A stretch of 64,000 nucleotides of DNA from the NCBI GenBank assembly GCA_045562555.1, contig JBJKVO010000015.1:590198-654197 (forward strand), read 5' to 3'. How positions within the stretch are numbered: the first letter of the stretch is position 1; the number at the start of each line of letters is the position of its first letter. Shown here one piece after another: positions 36,778 to 46,200 of this stretch. Made by a program: the position numbers and the translations under genes. This stretch comes from Dehalococcoidia bacterium. GTDB taxonomy: Bacteria > Chloroflexota > Dehalococcoidia > Lucifugimonadales > UBA3495. Below the pieces are notes generated by a model that did no database searches, was not told the DNA's origin, and saw nothing but the letters and a program-made list of their open reading frames with translations.

Positions 36778-37947
36778 CTATGTGGATCGAAGTCCCATGG
36801 GATCTGCACCTTCAACACCCAAAAGAAAATTAGCATAATTTTCATATGATGAAGCGTTAACCATCATGTGTTGTGCAGATGCTGCTAGGTCTCGGAAATA
36901 TTTTTGGAGGTTATTGTGCAAGTATAAAGCAGTTCCTCCGCCATATTTAAATGCCATCTGGGCCACTTCTTCTGAGGTTTCAGTAGCAAACACACATGCG
37001 TTGCGCATTTCGCTTTGTAAAATTGGAGGAGGTATTTGTTTTTGTTCGCAGTAATTCCAGGCTTTCAGATGACTCTCTTTGACTAGAGCCCTTGCCGCCG
37101 CTAGTTTTGTTTGTGCTAGCCCAAGATCTCTCTTGAATGAGTCTCGATCAGCGATATGGAGTCGGTCTGTGTTATAACCTCTAACTTTAGTTTTAGATAT
37201 TTCAATGATGGTTTCTAGGGATCTTTTACCTACTCCTAGAGCGAACGCGGCATGATCCATGGTTACGAATCCAGGCCTACCAAGATAATTTATAGGCCCA
37301 CCTCTTAATGGTTTGTCGTTTGTCATGCTCCAGCTGAAGTGAGCAGGGACAAACAAATTCGAAGCAGAGTAACCACGACTTCCAGTACCTTGAAGGCCCA
37401 TGACCTTCCAATCATCGTGCACTCTTAATTCGTTTTTGGGCACGCAGGCTATTCTATGATTAAAGGGCTTTTCTGTAGGTATGGTAAATCCTGCTAATAC
37501 CCAGTCGCTATGATCAATTCCGCTGGAAAACACCCATTCACCGGTGAGTAAAAATCCGCCCTCTACTGAAATAGCTTTGCCTGATGGTTGCATGACACTA
37601 GAGGCCAGAGGAACCTTACCATCTTTGAAAATTATGGAAATAGCTTTGTCATCAAGGAAAGAGCCTGGCCAACCAATACTGCTGTTACCGATCATAGTGT
37701 TCCAGCCTATAGATGAATCAATTCTACTAATTTCTTCAATGACGTCCATATAGGTTAATATGTCCGAATCTATTCCACCTAGCTCAGATGGAAGCTTCAT
37801 TCTAAAGAATCCTTTTGATGCAAGGATATTAATGATTTCGTCAGGCACTTTACGAATATTGTCAGATTCAATAGCATGTACGGATAAAATATCTGCTATT
37901 GTTCCTATATCGTCCATGAGACTCGTATTCCGGGATGCAATGGCCAT
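36778..37947 (-). CDS. Acyl-CoA-dehydrogenase-fold flavoprotein, paralog B
   Basis: Tandem paralog of 35577-36740 (see motifs there). Confidence 0.65.
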   Translation of the reverse strand: MAIASRNTSLMDDIGTIADILSVHAIESDNIRKVPDEIINILASKGFFRMKLPSELGGIDSDILTYMDVIEEISRIDSSIGWNTMIGNSSIGWPGSFLDDKAISIIFKDGKVPLASSVMQPSGKAISVEGGFLLTGEWVFSSGIDHSDWVLAGFTIPTEKPFNHRIACVPKNELRVHDDWKVMGLQGTGSRGYSASNLFVPAHFSWSMTNDKPLRGGPINYLGRPGFVTMDHAAFALGVGKRSLETIIEISKTKVRGYNTDRLHIADRDSFKRDLGLAQTKLAAARALVKESHLKAWNYCEQKQIPPPILQSEMRNACVFATETSEEVAQMAFKYGGGTALYLHNNLQKYFRDLAASAQHMMVNASSYENYANFLLGVEGADPMGLRST

Positions 37948-37982
37948 TGCTACACCTAACTACCGAATATAGGTCGATTATA

Positions 37983-39260
37983 CTATGTTTCCAGATTTTT
38001 GGGCAGATTGGCTTCCCAGTTAGGGATTAAAATTTGTTTCGTAGAAGACATGGTGAATATAATCAAAGCTCCTAATAAGCTAGCAGCGCCGGAGAAACAT
38101 ATAGTCAAAGTGTGCGACCCGGTTAAGTCAAAGAGGGGACCGCCAATGTAACCTCCTAGTGCCATCCCAAGCCCGGCTCCCATTATTTGCCATCCATATG
38201 ATCTTCCAAATGAGCCACGGCCATAATATTGTCGATTGATTACAGCAAAAGCGGAACCTTCTCCCCCATATCCAAGTCCCCACACCACAGAGAACAAATA
38301 GAAATGCCATGAAGCATCAGACCAGATTAAGAAGAATATGGGTATAGCTTGCCAAAGGAACATTACGAACATAGTGTTTTTAGCGCCCAATTTTTCAGCA
38401 ATTGCAGGAGTTATAAATCTAGTAATAGAACTAATGGTGAAAAACATTGATGCCGCTATTCCTGCGGTGGTGTAAGATATCCCGGCTGTTACAGCTATGG
38501 GTATAAACTGCATCATCATAACAGCGTGACTCACGCACCCTAAATGGTGTACAGCCACTAATTTCCAAAATTCCGCTGTACCTTGTACTGCTTTTGCATG
38601 TACTTGTTGTCGGATTTTTTCTACTGCCTCGTTCCTGGGTAATTGTTCTCCAAATACTTCACTGGACCCAAAAGGGGTCATTCCTGAAGACTGGGGAGTA
38701 CTTCTGTAAAAAATAAGAAGGAAGAGCATTATTACACTTCCTCCCACGCTTATAAACCAAAAAGTATTTTGTACACCTAAAATGGGTAATACTGATGTCA
38801 AGAATAGTGTAGTAATACCAGGGCCAAATCCTTGGGCCGCTTGAACGATCCCAACAGCTACTCCTAATTGCTTGTCAAACCAATATGAAATTGTTGTTAT
38901 TAATGAAATGTTTAAGCAGGCATGAGTAATCCCCATAAAGATTCCGAATGATATCCAAATGTGCCATACATCAGTGGCCAATGCTGTGATGATCGCTCCT
39001 ATCAAGAATGAAATGATGCTGATGAATAGTAAAAACTTACCACCATAACGGTCGTTTAACATTCCTACGTATGGAGATAACACAGCTCCTGCCACAGCAG
39101 ATATTCCATAGGCGGCTAATATTGCCGAATGACTCCACCCGTATTTTTGCTCTAAAGGATTTATCAAAGCTCCGAAAGCTTGATTTAATGTGCCGCCAAA
39201 CAGATAGAGCAAAACGGATAATAATACGATTATCCAGCCATAATGGATTCTAGAACTCAC
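37983..39260 (-). CDS. MFS transporter
   Basis: 12 predicted TM segments and an MFS loop motif GMLNDRYGGK. Confidence 0.75.
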   Translation of the reverse strand: MSSRIHYGWIIVLLSVLLYLFGGTLNQAFGALINPLEQKYGWSHSAILAAYGISAVAGAVLSPYVGMLNDRYGGKFLLFISIISFLIGAIITALATDVWHIWISFGIFMGITHACLNISLITTISYWFDKQLGVAVGIVQAAQGFGPGITTLFLTSVLPILGVQNTFWFISVGGSVIMLFLLIFYRSTPQSSGMTPFGSSEVFGEQLPRNEAVEKIRQQVHAKAVQGTAEFWKLVAVHHLGCVSHAVMMMQFIPIAVTAGISYTTAGIAASMFFTISSITRFITPAIAEKLGAKNTMFVMFLWQAIPIFFLIWSDASWHFYLFSVVWGLGYGGEGSAFAVINRQYYGRGSFGRSYGWQIMGAGLGMALGGYIGGPLFDLTGSHTLTICFSGAASLLGALIIFTMSSTKQILIPNWEANLPKNLET

Positions 39261-39378
39261 AATTTAATTCCTGCATATCTATTTATTTAATCGCTAAAAT
39301 ATTTTATATTAGCTTAGTTGATACGCGGTACACTATACACCTAAACACTAAGCTTACAAATATGAGAGGAGTATCCAT

Positions 39379-40713
39379 TTGTTTCAAAAGAAAAATAAGT
39401 CCATAAATATATGTTTTGGATTATTAATAATCACTGCTATAGGTATTGGATGTGCAGGTAATAGCACTTCTGATGTTAATGTAGATTCACTTGTTGAAAC
39501 ACAATCCAGCAAGGCTGAATCAACGGTTGTAATTAGTACTCCTACCACTCAAATTAGTAAGACGTCGGAAATTGAAATAAGTAAAATTGACCCGACAAGT
39601 GAGCCTCTCCCCTCGATTGCTGCGAAACCTACTGTCATTGCAACCAAGATTGCCGAGAAACCTAAACCTACTATGACACCTACTCCAGAACCTACGGTGC
39701 AAAAATATATCAGTAGATTAGTAAGTAAAATTAATCATGTGTTTTCCGATGGTAAAATTGCAGATTCTGATTGGTTTCAAGGCGCATCGCAAGAAGCTTT
39801 ATTCAATCCCAATTTCGTTGCTGCTGATAAAGCGGGCTCCTATTTTGGGGCCAATGACTTGGTTATTGGTATAGATCATAATGGTGTTCAGAAGGCGTAT
39901 CCGGCAAAATATATGGAAGTAAATGAGGTAATCAATGATAGATTTGGAAATGAAGCTATCTTGGTTACTTATTGACCATTATGCTATACGGGAATGGTGT
40001 ATTCCCGCACAGTTGAACAAGAAGAACTTCTATTTGGACATGCAGGTAGAGTACTTAGAAATGCATTAGTTGTTTATGATTCGAAGTCAAATAGTTTGTG
40101 GAGCCAATTTGTAGGTGAAGCGGTACAAGGCCCTTACACAGGTACTAAATTAGAATTGATTCCGAGTATGATTACAACTTGGACGAAATGGAAGCAAGAA
40201 TTCCCTGATACTCTGGCTTTGGAAACTAGAGATGCTACGATGATGCAGAAAATGATGCAAAATTTTAATACCTCGTACTATAAAAATTCTACTGCGGGCA
40301 TGCAAGGAGAGTTTGTTGAAGATGATCGGTTAGAAGATAAAGCTCTTGTAATTGGTTACGCGGATGATAAATATTCAAAAGCCTACGAATTGTCATCGAT
40401 GGCACGAACAAAAGTTGTAAATGATGACGCGGGGGCGGTTCCACTAGTTGTTTTTTATCATGATGGTACTGATTCCACTAGGGTATTTGATCGTTTCATA
40501 ATGGGTGAAGAACTCACGTTTTCTTACAGCAGTAAAGATAATGGAGTGGAAATAGCCATTGATAAAGAGACACAATCTTCCTGGAACACTTTAAATGGGG
40601 TTTGCATTAAAGGACCTCTAAAGGGTCACGTCTTACAATCCTTGCCAAGTCATTTGTCTTACTGGTTTGCTTGGACGGACCACTACCCAGACACGGACTT
40701 ATATAACAATTAA
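39379..40713 (+). CDS. DUF3179-family exported protein read through one in-frame TGA (39973-39975); candidate selenoprotein with a U-P-L-C motif
   Basis: ORFs 39379-39975 and 39994-40713 share a frame and are separated only by the TGA. The joined sequence ...VIGIDHNGVQKAYPAKYMEVNEVINDRFGNEAILVTY-[TGA]-PLCYTGMVYSRTV..LLFGHAGRVLRNALVVYDSKSNSLWSQF.GEAVQGPYTG follows the DUF3179 core, where the TGA column is the first Cys of CPLC. N-terminal signal peptide (possible lipobox IGIGC). Confidence 0.55.
39989..40007 (+). promoter_or_regulatory. Candidate bacterial SECIS-like hairpin
   Basis: cgggaat (39989-39995), loop ggtgt, attcccg (40001-40007). The stem begins 13 nt after the TGA, the apical loop begins about 20 nt after it, and the loop starts with GGU. 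Confidence 0.4.
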
Positions 40714-41873
40714 GAGAATATCCGGTTTAGGTTACTATATTTATTTGGGTCTAAATCATGATCTTTGAACCCTGCAAAAGTCGCTTCATACCTGTGGGCT
40801 CGGAATACTGCATTTGAGTATCCAAACACACTCCCTCCTGCACTCGTAGCACTGTAAACAAAATGGGGGCTTATGTATTCCCAGACAATATCTCCTGATT
40901 GAGTTACTTCGAATAACCTACCTGGAGCTCCTTCGCAAACTAATGTGTTCCCGTTGGAAAGCCGCTCTGCATTACTAATATTATAGCTATAGAACGACAT
41001 TGCCGGATCTCCTAGATACTCCCATTCGATTTCATCATTAGCCGGGTTCACTTCCAGAAGCCTAGAATAGTTCATACCTCTACGGTGTGCTCCATTGTCA
41101 AATAGTAAAATGTTCCCGTTGTTGAGCATATTAGGATTATGCTGATGGGAGACTGTGCCAGGCCCCCATTTCCATTTGTAAGCACCTGTTTCGTTATCAA
41201 CGATGCCTATGGTACTTGTCTGTCTAAAACTTACTAGAAAATCTCCGTCATTAGTAAAGTCTAGTGAGTTTGCATGTGTCCATTCTTTTCGGTTTTCTAA
41301 AAAACAGATTTGATCTTCATCAAAATCCAAGTTCTCCCAAAGACGTATTTCTTTGACAAGATTTCCTTTGAGATCTACCTCGATAATTTTATCTGCGTAC
41401 ATGTGAGTGGTACTATTTTCATCGATATACCCACCTTTGACATTGACAGCGATAGATTCGGGCAGAACTTCCCAAGTTAAGGCGACGGTATTTCCATTAG
41501 GCAGTCTTCTGAAGTCATGATGAAGCATAGGATTCTTGTATTCCCATACAACATTACTTTCCCAATCAAGTTCTTTAAGTGATTTTGATGATCCTCCCAT
41601 TCCTTCGGCTTCGTCAGCAACTCCACTACGTAATAATAAATTTCCATTAGGAAGTAGTCGCGCATACATGATGCCATCTAAGTCTTCCCATCTATGGCAT
41701 ATATTTCCTTTCATGTCTATGAGGTTCGTCCATGTGCCTCCTCTGGTAGATACTAAGGTGTAACCGTCTAGCGCTCTTTGAGGGGAATGGTAAATTAGTC
41801 CTGTTTTATGATGTCTTGACCAGCCCATAATTACTCCAAACACTTTATTTGCAGAACCAGAATTGTAATACAT
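40710..41873 (-). CDS. Arylsulfotransferase (ASST)-like beta-propeller protein
   Basis: Repeated propeller signature (L/R)xNGN(L/T/I)L, as in LPNGNLLL, LPNGNTVAL, LNNGNILLFDNG, LSNGNTLVCEG, and a size of about 390 aa resemble the Arylsulfotran_2 family. Confidence 0.55.
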   Translation of the reverse strand: MYYNSGSANKVFGVIMGWSRHHKTGLIYHSPQRALDGYTLVSTRGGTWTNLIDMKGNICHRWEDLDGIMYARLLPNGNLLLRSGVADEAEGMGGSSKSLKELDWESNVVWEYKNPMLHHDFRRLPNGNTVALTWEVLPESIAVNVKGGYIDENSTTHMYADKIIEVDLKGNLVKEIRLWENLDFDEDQICFLENRKEWTHANSLDFTNDGDFLVSFRQTSTIGIVDNETGAYKWKWGPGTVSHQHNPNMLNNGNILLFDNGAHRRGMNYSRLLEVNPANDEIEWEYLGDPAMSFYSYNISNAERLSNGNTLVCEGAPGRLFEVTQSGDIVWEYISPHFVYSATSAGGSVFGYSNAVFRAHRYEATFAGFKDHDLDPNKYSNLNRIFS

Positions 41874-41960
41874 TAAGAGTTAAATTTAAAATGTGTAGAT
41901 TAGTACCAGATTCCTAGTTTTATTGTAGAATATTGAGTCAGTGGGTGTTGTTTGATTTAG

Positions 41961-42037
41961 TGGCGACCCCGATGGGATTCGAACCCACGATCTCTGCCGT
42001 GACAGGGCAGTATGTTGAACCGCTACACCACGGGGCC
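41961..42037 (-). tRNA. tRNA-Asp (anticodon GTC), CCA encoded
   Basis: The reverse complement folds as a cloverleaf: acceptor GGCCCCG/CGGGGTC, D-arm GTGT-AGCGGTTCA-ACAT, anticodon arm CTGCC-CTGTCAC-GGCAG, T-arm GTGGG-TTCGAAT-CCCAT, discriminator G, CCA. 77 nt. Confidence 0.9.
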
Positions 42038-42140
42038 ATAAAATAATTTAGTACAGTTCAGTTTATTGCGGTTTCGTACGAACTGTCAAGAATATTTATA
42101 AAAATTGACTTACATTTAAATTTCTTAGGAGGACATAGTA

Positions 42141-43373
42141 ATGTCTAATCAAAATAAACTTCCATTACCTTTGAAGAACATAAGAGTATTGGATCTTACG
42201 CACATCGTTGCGGGCCCTTTTTGTTCAATGATACTTGGTGACATGGGAGCAGAAGTCATAAAAATAGAGAGACCAGGCACAGGTGAACAAGCCCGTGCGA
42301 ATCAACCCATAATGCATAATGACAAAGGTGAATCTATCAGTGCTAGATTTTTAGGCGTAAACCGGAATAAAAAAAGTGTATCGTTAGATTTAAGAGATGC
42401 CAGAGCAAAAAAAGCCTTTGAGAACATGATTCAGCAATCAGATGTCCTCATCGATAATTGGGGGCCCGGAGCTATGGACAGGTTAGGTTATTCGTATGAT
42501 GTGCTTAAATCAATTAATGTAGGTTTGGTATATGCAAGTATAACGGGATATGGGGCTCACGAAGATTATGATGGACCGTATTCTGATTGGCCGGCAAATA
42601 ATCCATGTGTTCAAGGAATGGGTGGATGGATGGAATCTACAGGTGCTCCTGATGGGCCTCCTCACATGGTAGGAGACAATATGGGAGATTCCATTCCTGG
42701 TTTATGGGCTGCATTGGGTATCATGATGGCTCTAGAAACAAAGCGACAAACTGGAATAGGCCAACATGTTGATACTGCGATGTACGATTGTATGGTTGCT
42801 CACACAACAAGTAGTATGCCTTATTATCAGGCAACAGGAACAGTTACGACTCGGGCCCGTGAGAACATGATATCTGCTCAATTAACATTACAGGCTAAGG
42901 ATGGTTACGTGGTTCTAGCAGGAGCCAGAGGTAGAGATAAATGGAAACAATTATGGGAATTGATCGGGAGACAAGATTTGTTAGATGACCCAAGATACCT
43001 TGGGGAAGGTGGAGGAGGTCAATTTTATTTTGATAATGTGATCCCAGCTATAGAATCTTGGTCAAAAGGACAAGAGAAAAAAATTGTTTCTCAAACATTG
43101 ATAGACTTTGGATTTTCTATGGGAATGGTTCAAGATGTACAAGATTTGGATCAATGCCCACACTTGGAAGCTCGTAAAATGTTTGTAGAAACTGGAGATA
43201 CCCTAGGAGGTAGGTTCAGGACTGTTGATACTCCGTTTAGATTAACTTCAACAGAATTGATCGACCATAAAACACCACCCACTCTAGGTGAAGATAATGA
43301 TGAGATATTGAAGAGTTTGGGTGGCTTGAATGATTCGGAATTAGTACAAATGAAAGAACAAGGTATCATTTAA
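42141..43373 (+). CDS. Family III CoA-transferase (CaiB/BaiF family)
   Basis: PLKNIRVLDLTHIVAGPFCSMILGDMGAEVIKIE, NRNKKSV.LDL, D.LI.N.GPG, the typical CaiB signature. Confidence 0.85.
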   Translation: MSNQNKLPLPLKNIRVLDLTHIVAGPFCSMILGDMGAEVIKIERPGTGEQARANQPIMHNDKGESISARFLGVNRNKKSVSLDLRDARAKKAFENMIQQSDVLIDNWGPGAMDRLGYSYDVLKSINVGLVYASITGYGAHEDYDGPYSDWPANNPCVQGMGGWMESTGAPDGPPHMVGDNMGDSIPGLWAALGIMMALETKRQTGIGQHVDTAMYDCMVAHTTSSMPYYQATGTVTTRARENMISAQLTLQAKDGYVVLAGARGRDKWKQLWELIGRQDLLDDPRYLGEGGGGQFYFDNVIPAIESWSKGQEKKIVSQTLIDFGFSMGMVQDVQDLDQCPHLEARKMFVETGDTLGGRFRTVDTPFRLTSTELIDHKTPPTLGEDNDEILKSLGGLNDSELVQMKEQGII

Positions 43374-43427
43374 TAATGTTTTCCCTGTGTATAATAAATT
43401 CCAAATACATATATGAGGTAATAACGG

Positions 43428-44672
43428 TTGTTTAAAGCACCACGAGGAACTGCGGACTTACTGCCAGATAAACAAAAATATTCTAGGCATATTGAAAAAG
43501 TAGCAAATCAATTATCTTCGTTATACGGATATTCAAGGGTTGATACCCCTACTTTTGAAGACTCTTCTCTCTTTGTTAGGTCGGTAGGTGAAGGCACAGA
43601 TATAGTGGATAAAGAAATGTACTCTTTTGATGATAGAGGTGGAGACAGCATGACTCTTAGACCAGAAGGAACAGCGTCCATCTGTCGTGCGTATCTTGAG
43701 CATGGGATGCATAATTTTGCTCAGCCAGTGAGACTGAATTATTTTTGCTCAGTTTTTAGGTATGAGAGACCTCAAGCAGGTAGATACAGAGAACATCACC
43801 AGTTCGGGATAGAAGCTATTGGTGATCCAGATCCTTCTATAGATGTTGAGATTATTAAGTTTGCTCATGATTTGATTACAGGGATTGGCCTTAACGAAAT
43901 CAATCTGTTTATAAACTCTATTGGGGATTCAAATTGTAGGCCTGCTTATGTGGAATCCCTTAAACAATATTATGAGACTTATAGAGATGAATTATGCAAA
44001 GATTGCCTTAATAGAATTGATCGTAACCCATTAAGGTTATTGGACTGTAAAAATAAAGAATGCTCAACATTATCTATAGACGCTCCTAAATCAATTAATT
44101 ACTTGTGTGAAGAATGTGAATCGCATTGGGGATCAGTCCTGGATTATTTAAGAGAATTGGAAATTCCCTATACAATCGATCATAAGTTAGTCAGAGGTCT
44201 TGATTATTACACTAAAACCGTATTTGAAATCCAACCTAAAGATGTTGGTGGACAATCCACTATTTTAGGTGGTGGAAGGTATGACGCGCTCATAGAACAA
44301 ATAGGAGGAAGAGTTGTTCCAGCTATGGGATTTGCGACGGGGATAGAACGATTAACTCTAAACTTGATCAAGGAATCAGTAGAAATACCTGATATTCAGT
44401 CTCCTAAATATTTGATTGTAAATGTTGGGGATAAAGCGAGGATACGAGCTATAAGAATAGCTAATCAAATTCGCGAAAAAGGGATTGGAGCCATGGTCGC
44501 AAACGGTACTAGAGGCTTAAGAGGACAGATGAGGCAAGCCAATTCGCTTAATGTTCCTTTCGTTATCATAATCGGAGAATCAGAATTAGAACGTAATGAA
44601 TTAGTGATTAAAGACATGGCTACTGCAGACCAGAACATATGTTCTGTAAATGAATTCATGCTGGGATTGTGA
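43428..44672 (+). CDS. hisS: Histidyl-tRNA synthetase
   Basis: PRGTADLLP, LRPEGTASICRAY, FRYERPQAGRYREHHQFG, GGGRYD. TTG start. Confidence 0.9.
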   Translation: MFKAPRGTADLLPDKQKYSRHIEKVANQLSSLYGYSRVDTPTFEDSSLFVRSVGEGTDIVDKEMYSFDDRGGDSMTLRPEGTASICRAYLEHGMHNFAQPVRLNYFCSVFRYERPQAGRYREHHQFGIEAIGDPDPSIDVEIIKFAHDLITGIGLNEINLFINSIGDSNCRPAYVESLKQYYETYRDELCKDCLNRIDRNPLRLLDCKNKECSTLSIDAPKSINYLCEECESHWGSVLDYLRELEIPYTIDHKLVRGLDYYTKTVFEIQPKDVGGQSTILGGGRYDALIEQIGGRVVPAMGFATGIERLTLNLIKESVEIPDIQSPKYLIVNVGDKARIRAIRIANQIREKGIGAMVANGTRGLRGQMRQANSLNVPFVIIIGESELERNELVIKDMATADQNICSVNEFMLGL

Positions 44673-44713
44673 TGGCGTATATAGCTGATTCAACTGAAGA
44701 ATAAGAGGACTGG

Positions 44714-45475
44714 ATGTTCACTAAACGGATTATTCCTTGCTTAGATGTAGACAATGGCAGAGTTGTAAAAGGTACTAGTTTCGTAAACCTGAGAGACGCA
44801 GGAGACCCTGCGGAATTAGCTGCTTATTATAACGACCAAGGATGCGATGAGCTTGTTTTTTTGGATATCACTGCGTCATCTGATAATCGCAACACTATGG
44901 TCAATGTTGTTGAGCAGGTGTCGGCTGAAGTTTTTATACCTCTAACTGTTGGAGGTGGTATCCGTTCTATTTCAAACATACGAGATATGCTTAGAGCAGG
45001 AGCAGACAAAATTTCATTGAATACTGCCGCTGTGAAAGACCCGCAACTCGTGCGTGAGTCCGCTCAAGAATTTGGATCTCAGTGTATCGTGGCCGCTATA
45101 GATGCGAAACGCAATGAAGACCTGGGTATTTGGGAAGTGTATGTGAATGGAGGAAGAACACCTGTAGGTCTAAATGTAATTGAATGGGCTCGGGAGCTAG
45201 TGGATTTAGGTGCTGGTGAATTATTACTGACAAGCATGGACACAGATGGGCAGCAATCTGGTTATGATCTAGATTTACTCAAATCGGTTTCTGAGTCTGT
45301 GTCGGTTCCTGTTATTGCTAGTGGTGGAGCTGGAGAGATGGAACACATTTATAATGCGTTTGAAAGAGGTAAAGCTGATGCGGTCTTGGCCGCCAGCATA
45401 TTCCACTTTGGTAAATATACCGTGAACGATGTAAAAAAATACCTTAAGGAACAGGGCATAGCGGTAAGGATATGA
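44714..45475 (+). CDS. hisF: Imidazole glycerol phosphate synthase, cyclase subunit
   Basis: [51 protein letters not shown]. Confidence 0.95.
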   Translation: MFTKRIIPCLDVDNGRVVKGTSFVNLRDAGDPAELAAYYNDQGCDELVFLDITASSDNRNTMVNVVEQVSAEVFIPLTVGGGIRSISNIRDMLRAGADKISLNTAAVKDPQLVRESAQEFGSQCIVAAIDAKRNEDLGIWEVYVNGGRTPVGLNVIEWARELVDLGAGELLLTSMDTDGQQSGYDLDLLKSVSESVSVPVIASGGAGEMEHIYNAFERGKADAVLAASIFHFGKYTVNDVKKYLKEQGIAVRI

Positions 45476-46182
45476 ATAATAATACTATGGGCAAAATACA
45501 AGTTGTACTTTTTGATATGTTTAATACCCTAGCCAATAATTCCACAGAATTCTGGTCTGCAGAATTTGACAAACTAGTAAATCAATACAATATATCTGTG
45601 AATGCAGAAGAGTTTTGGAATATATGGAGAGAAGGAGATAAAAAGTTTTCTCATTCTAGAATTATCGCAGATTCTGACTTCATATCATACTTGGATGGTT
45701 GGACTAACAGTTTTGAATATGCGTTAACACAAACTGGCGATAAAGGGAACGCTGGAGCCATGGCTCAGGATTGTATAGATGATTTGGGAAAGCGGCCTCT
45801 CTTTGATGAAACGGATTCGGTCTTAAAGGCTTTGTCTCAGAATTATACAATTGGGATTGCATCCAATGCAGATAATAGTTTTCTTCATCCGGTTATTGAA
45901 AGAATAAAAATTAACTTGGCTGTGGTGGTTTCTTCGGAAGACGTACAGTCTTACAAGCCAATGCCGGATATTTTTGAAGAGTCTTTAAAAATATTAAAAG
46001 TTAATGCTTCTGAGGTTGTATATGTTGGAGATAGACAATATGAGGATGTGGAAGGGCCTACGTCTGTAGGTATGAAAGCAGTCTGGGTGAACCGTAAAAA
46101 TGAACCTGTGGACCCGAATCTACATAGGCCATATGCAGAAATCACGGATTTGACGGGATTGCTAGATCTCCTTGGTAAATAA
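45472..46182 (+). CDS. HAD-superfamily hydrolase (haloacid-dehalogenase-like subgroup)
   Basis: Motif [11 protein letters not shown] (D-x-F-x-T rather than DxDxT), SNAD, KP.P.IF, VGDR..EDV. Confidence 0.6.
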   Translation: MNNNTMGKIQVVLFDMFNTLANNSTEFWSAEFDKLVNQYNISVNAEEFWNIWREGDKKFSHSRIIADSDFISYLDGWTNSFEYALTQTGDKGNAGAMAQDCIDDLGKRPLFDETDSVLKALSQNYTIGIASNADNSFLHPVIERIKINLAVVVSSEDVQSYKPMPDIFEESLKILKVNASEVVYVGDRQYEDVEGPTSVGMKAVWVNRKNEPVDPNLHRPYAEITDLTGLLDLLGK

Positions 46183-46200
46183 AGAAATAAAGGTTTTGGT

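Noticed and set aside
39973-39975. Genome-wide TGA reassignment (genetic code 4/25) as the explanation for the in-frame TGA
   Set aside because: TGA ends several well-defined genes at their expected lengths (thrB at 6103-6105, the DUF3090 gene at 22281-22283, the HI0933-family gene at 5151-5153). No other housekeeping gene here needs TGA read-through.
41874-42140. tRNA-Asp as an integration site of a genomic island
   Set aside because: There is no integrase, no direct repeat of the tRNA 3' end and no compositional break visible on either side.
45472-46182. The HAD hydrolase between hisF and hisIE as the missing histidinol-phosphate phosphatase
   Set aside because: Motif I reads FDMFNTL (D-x-F-x-T) and lacks the second Asp of phosphatase-type DxDxT. 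It looks more like the haloacid-dehalogenase-type subgroup, so the assignment is not supportable from sequence alone.
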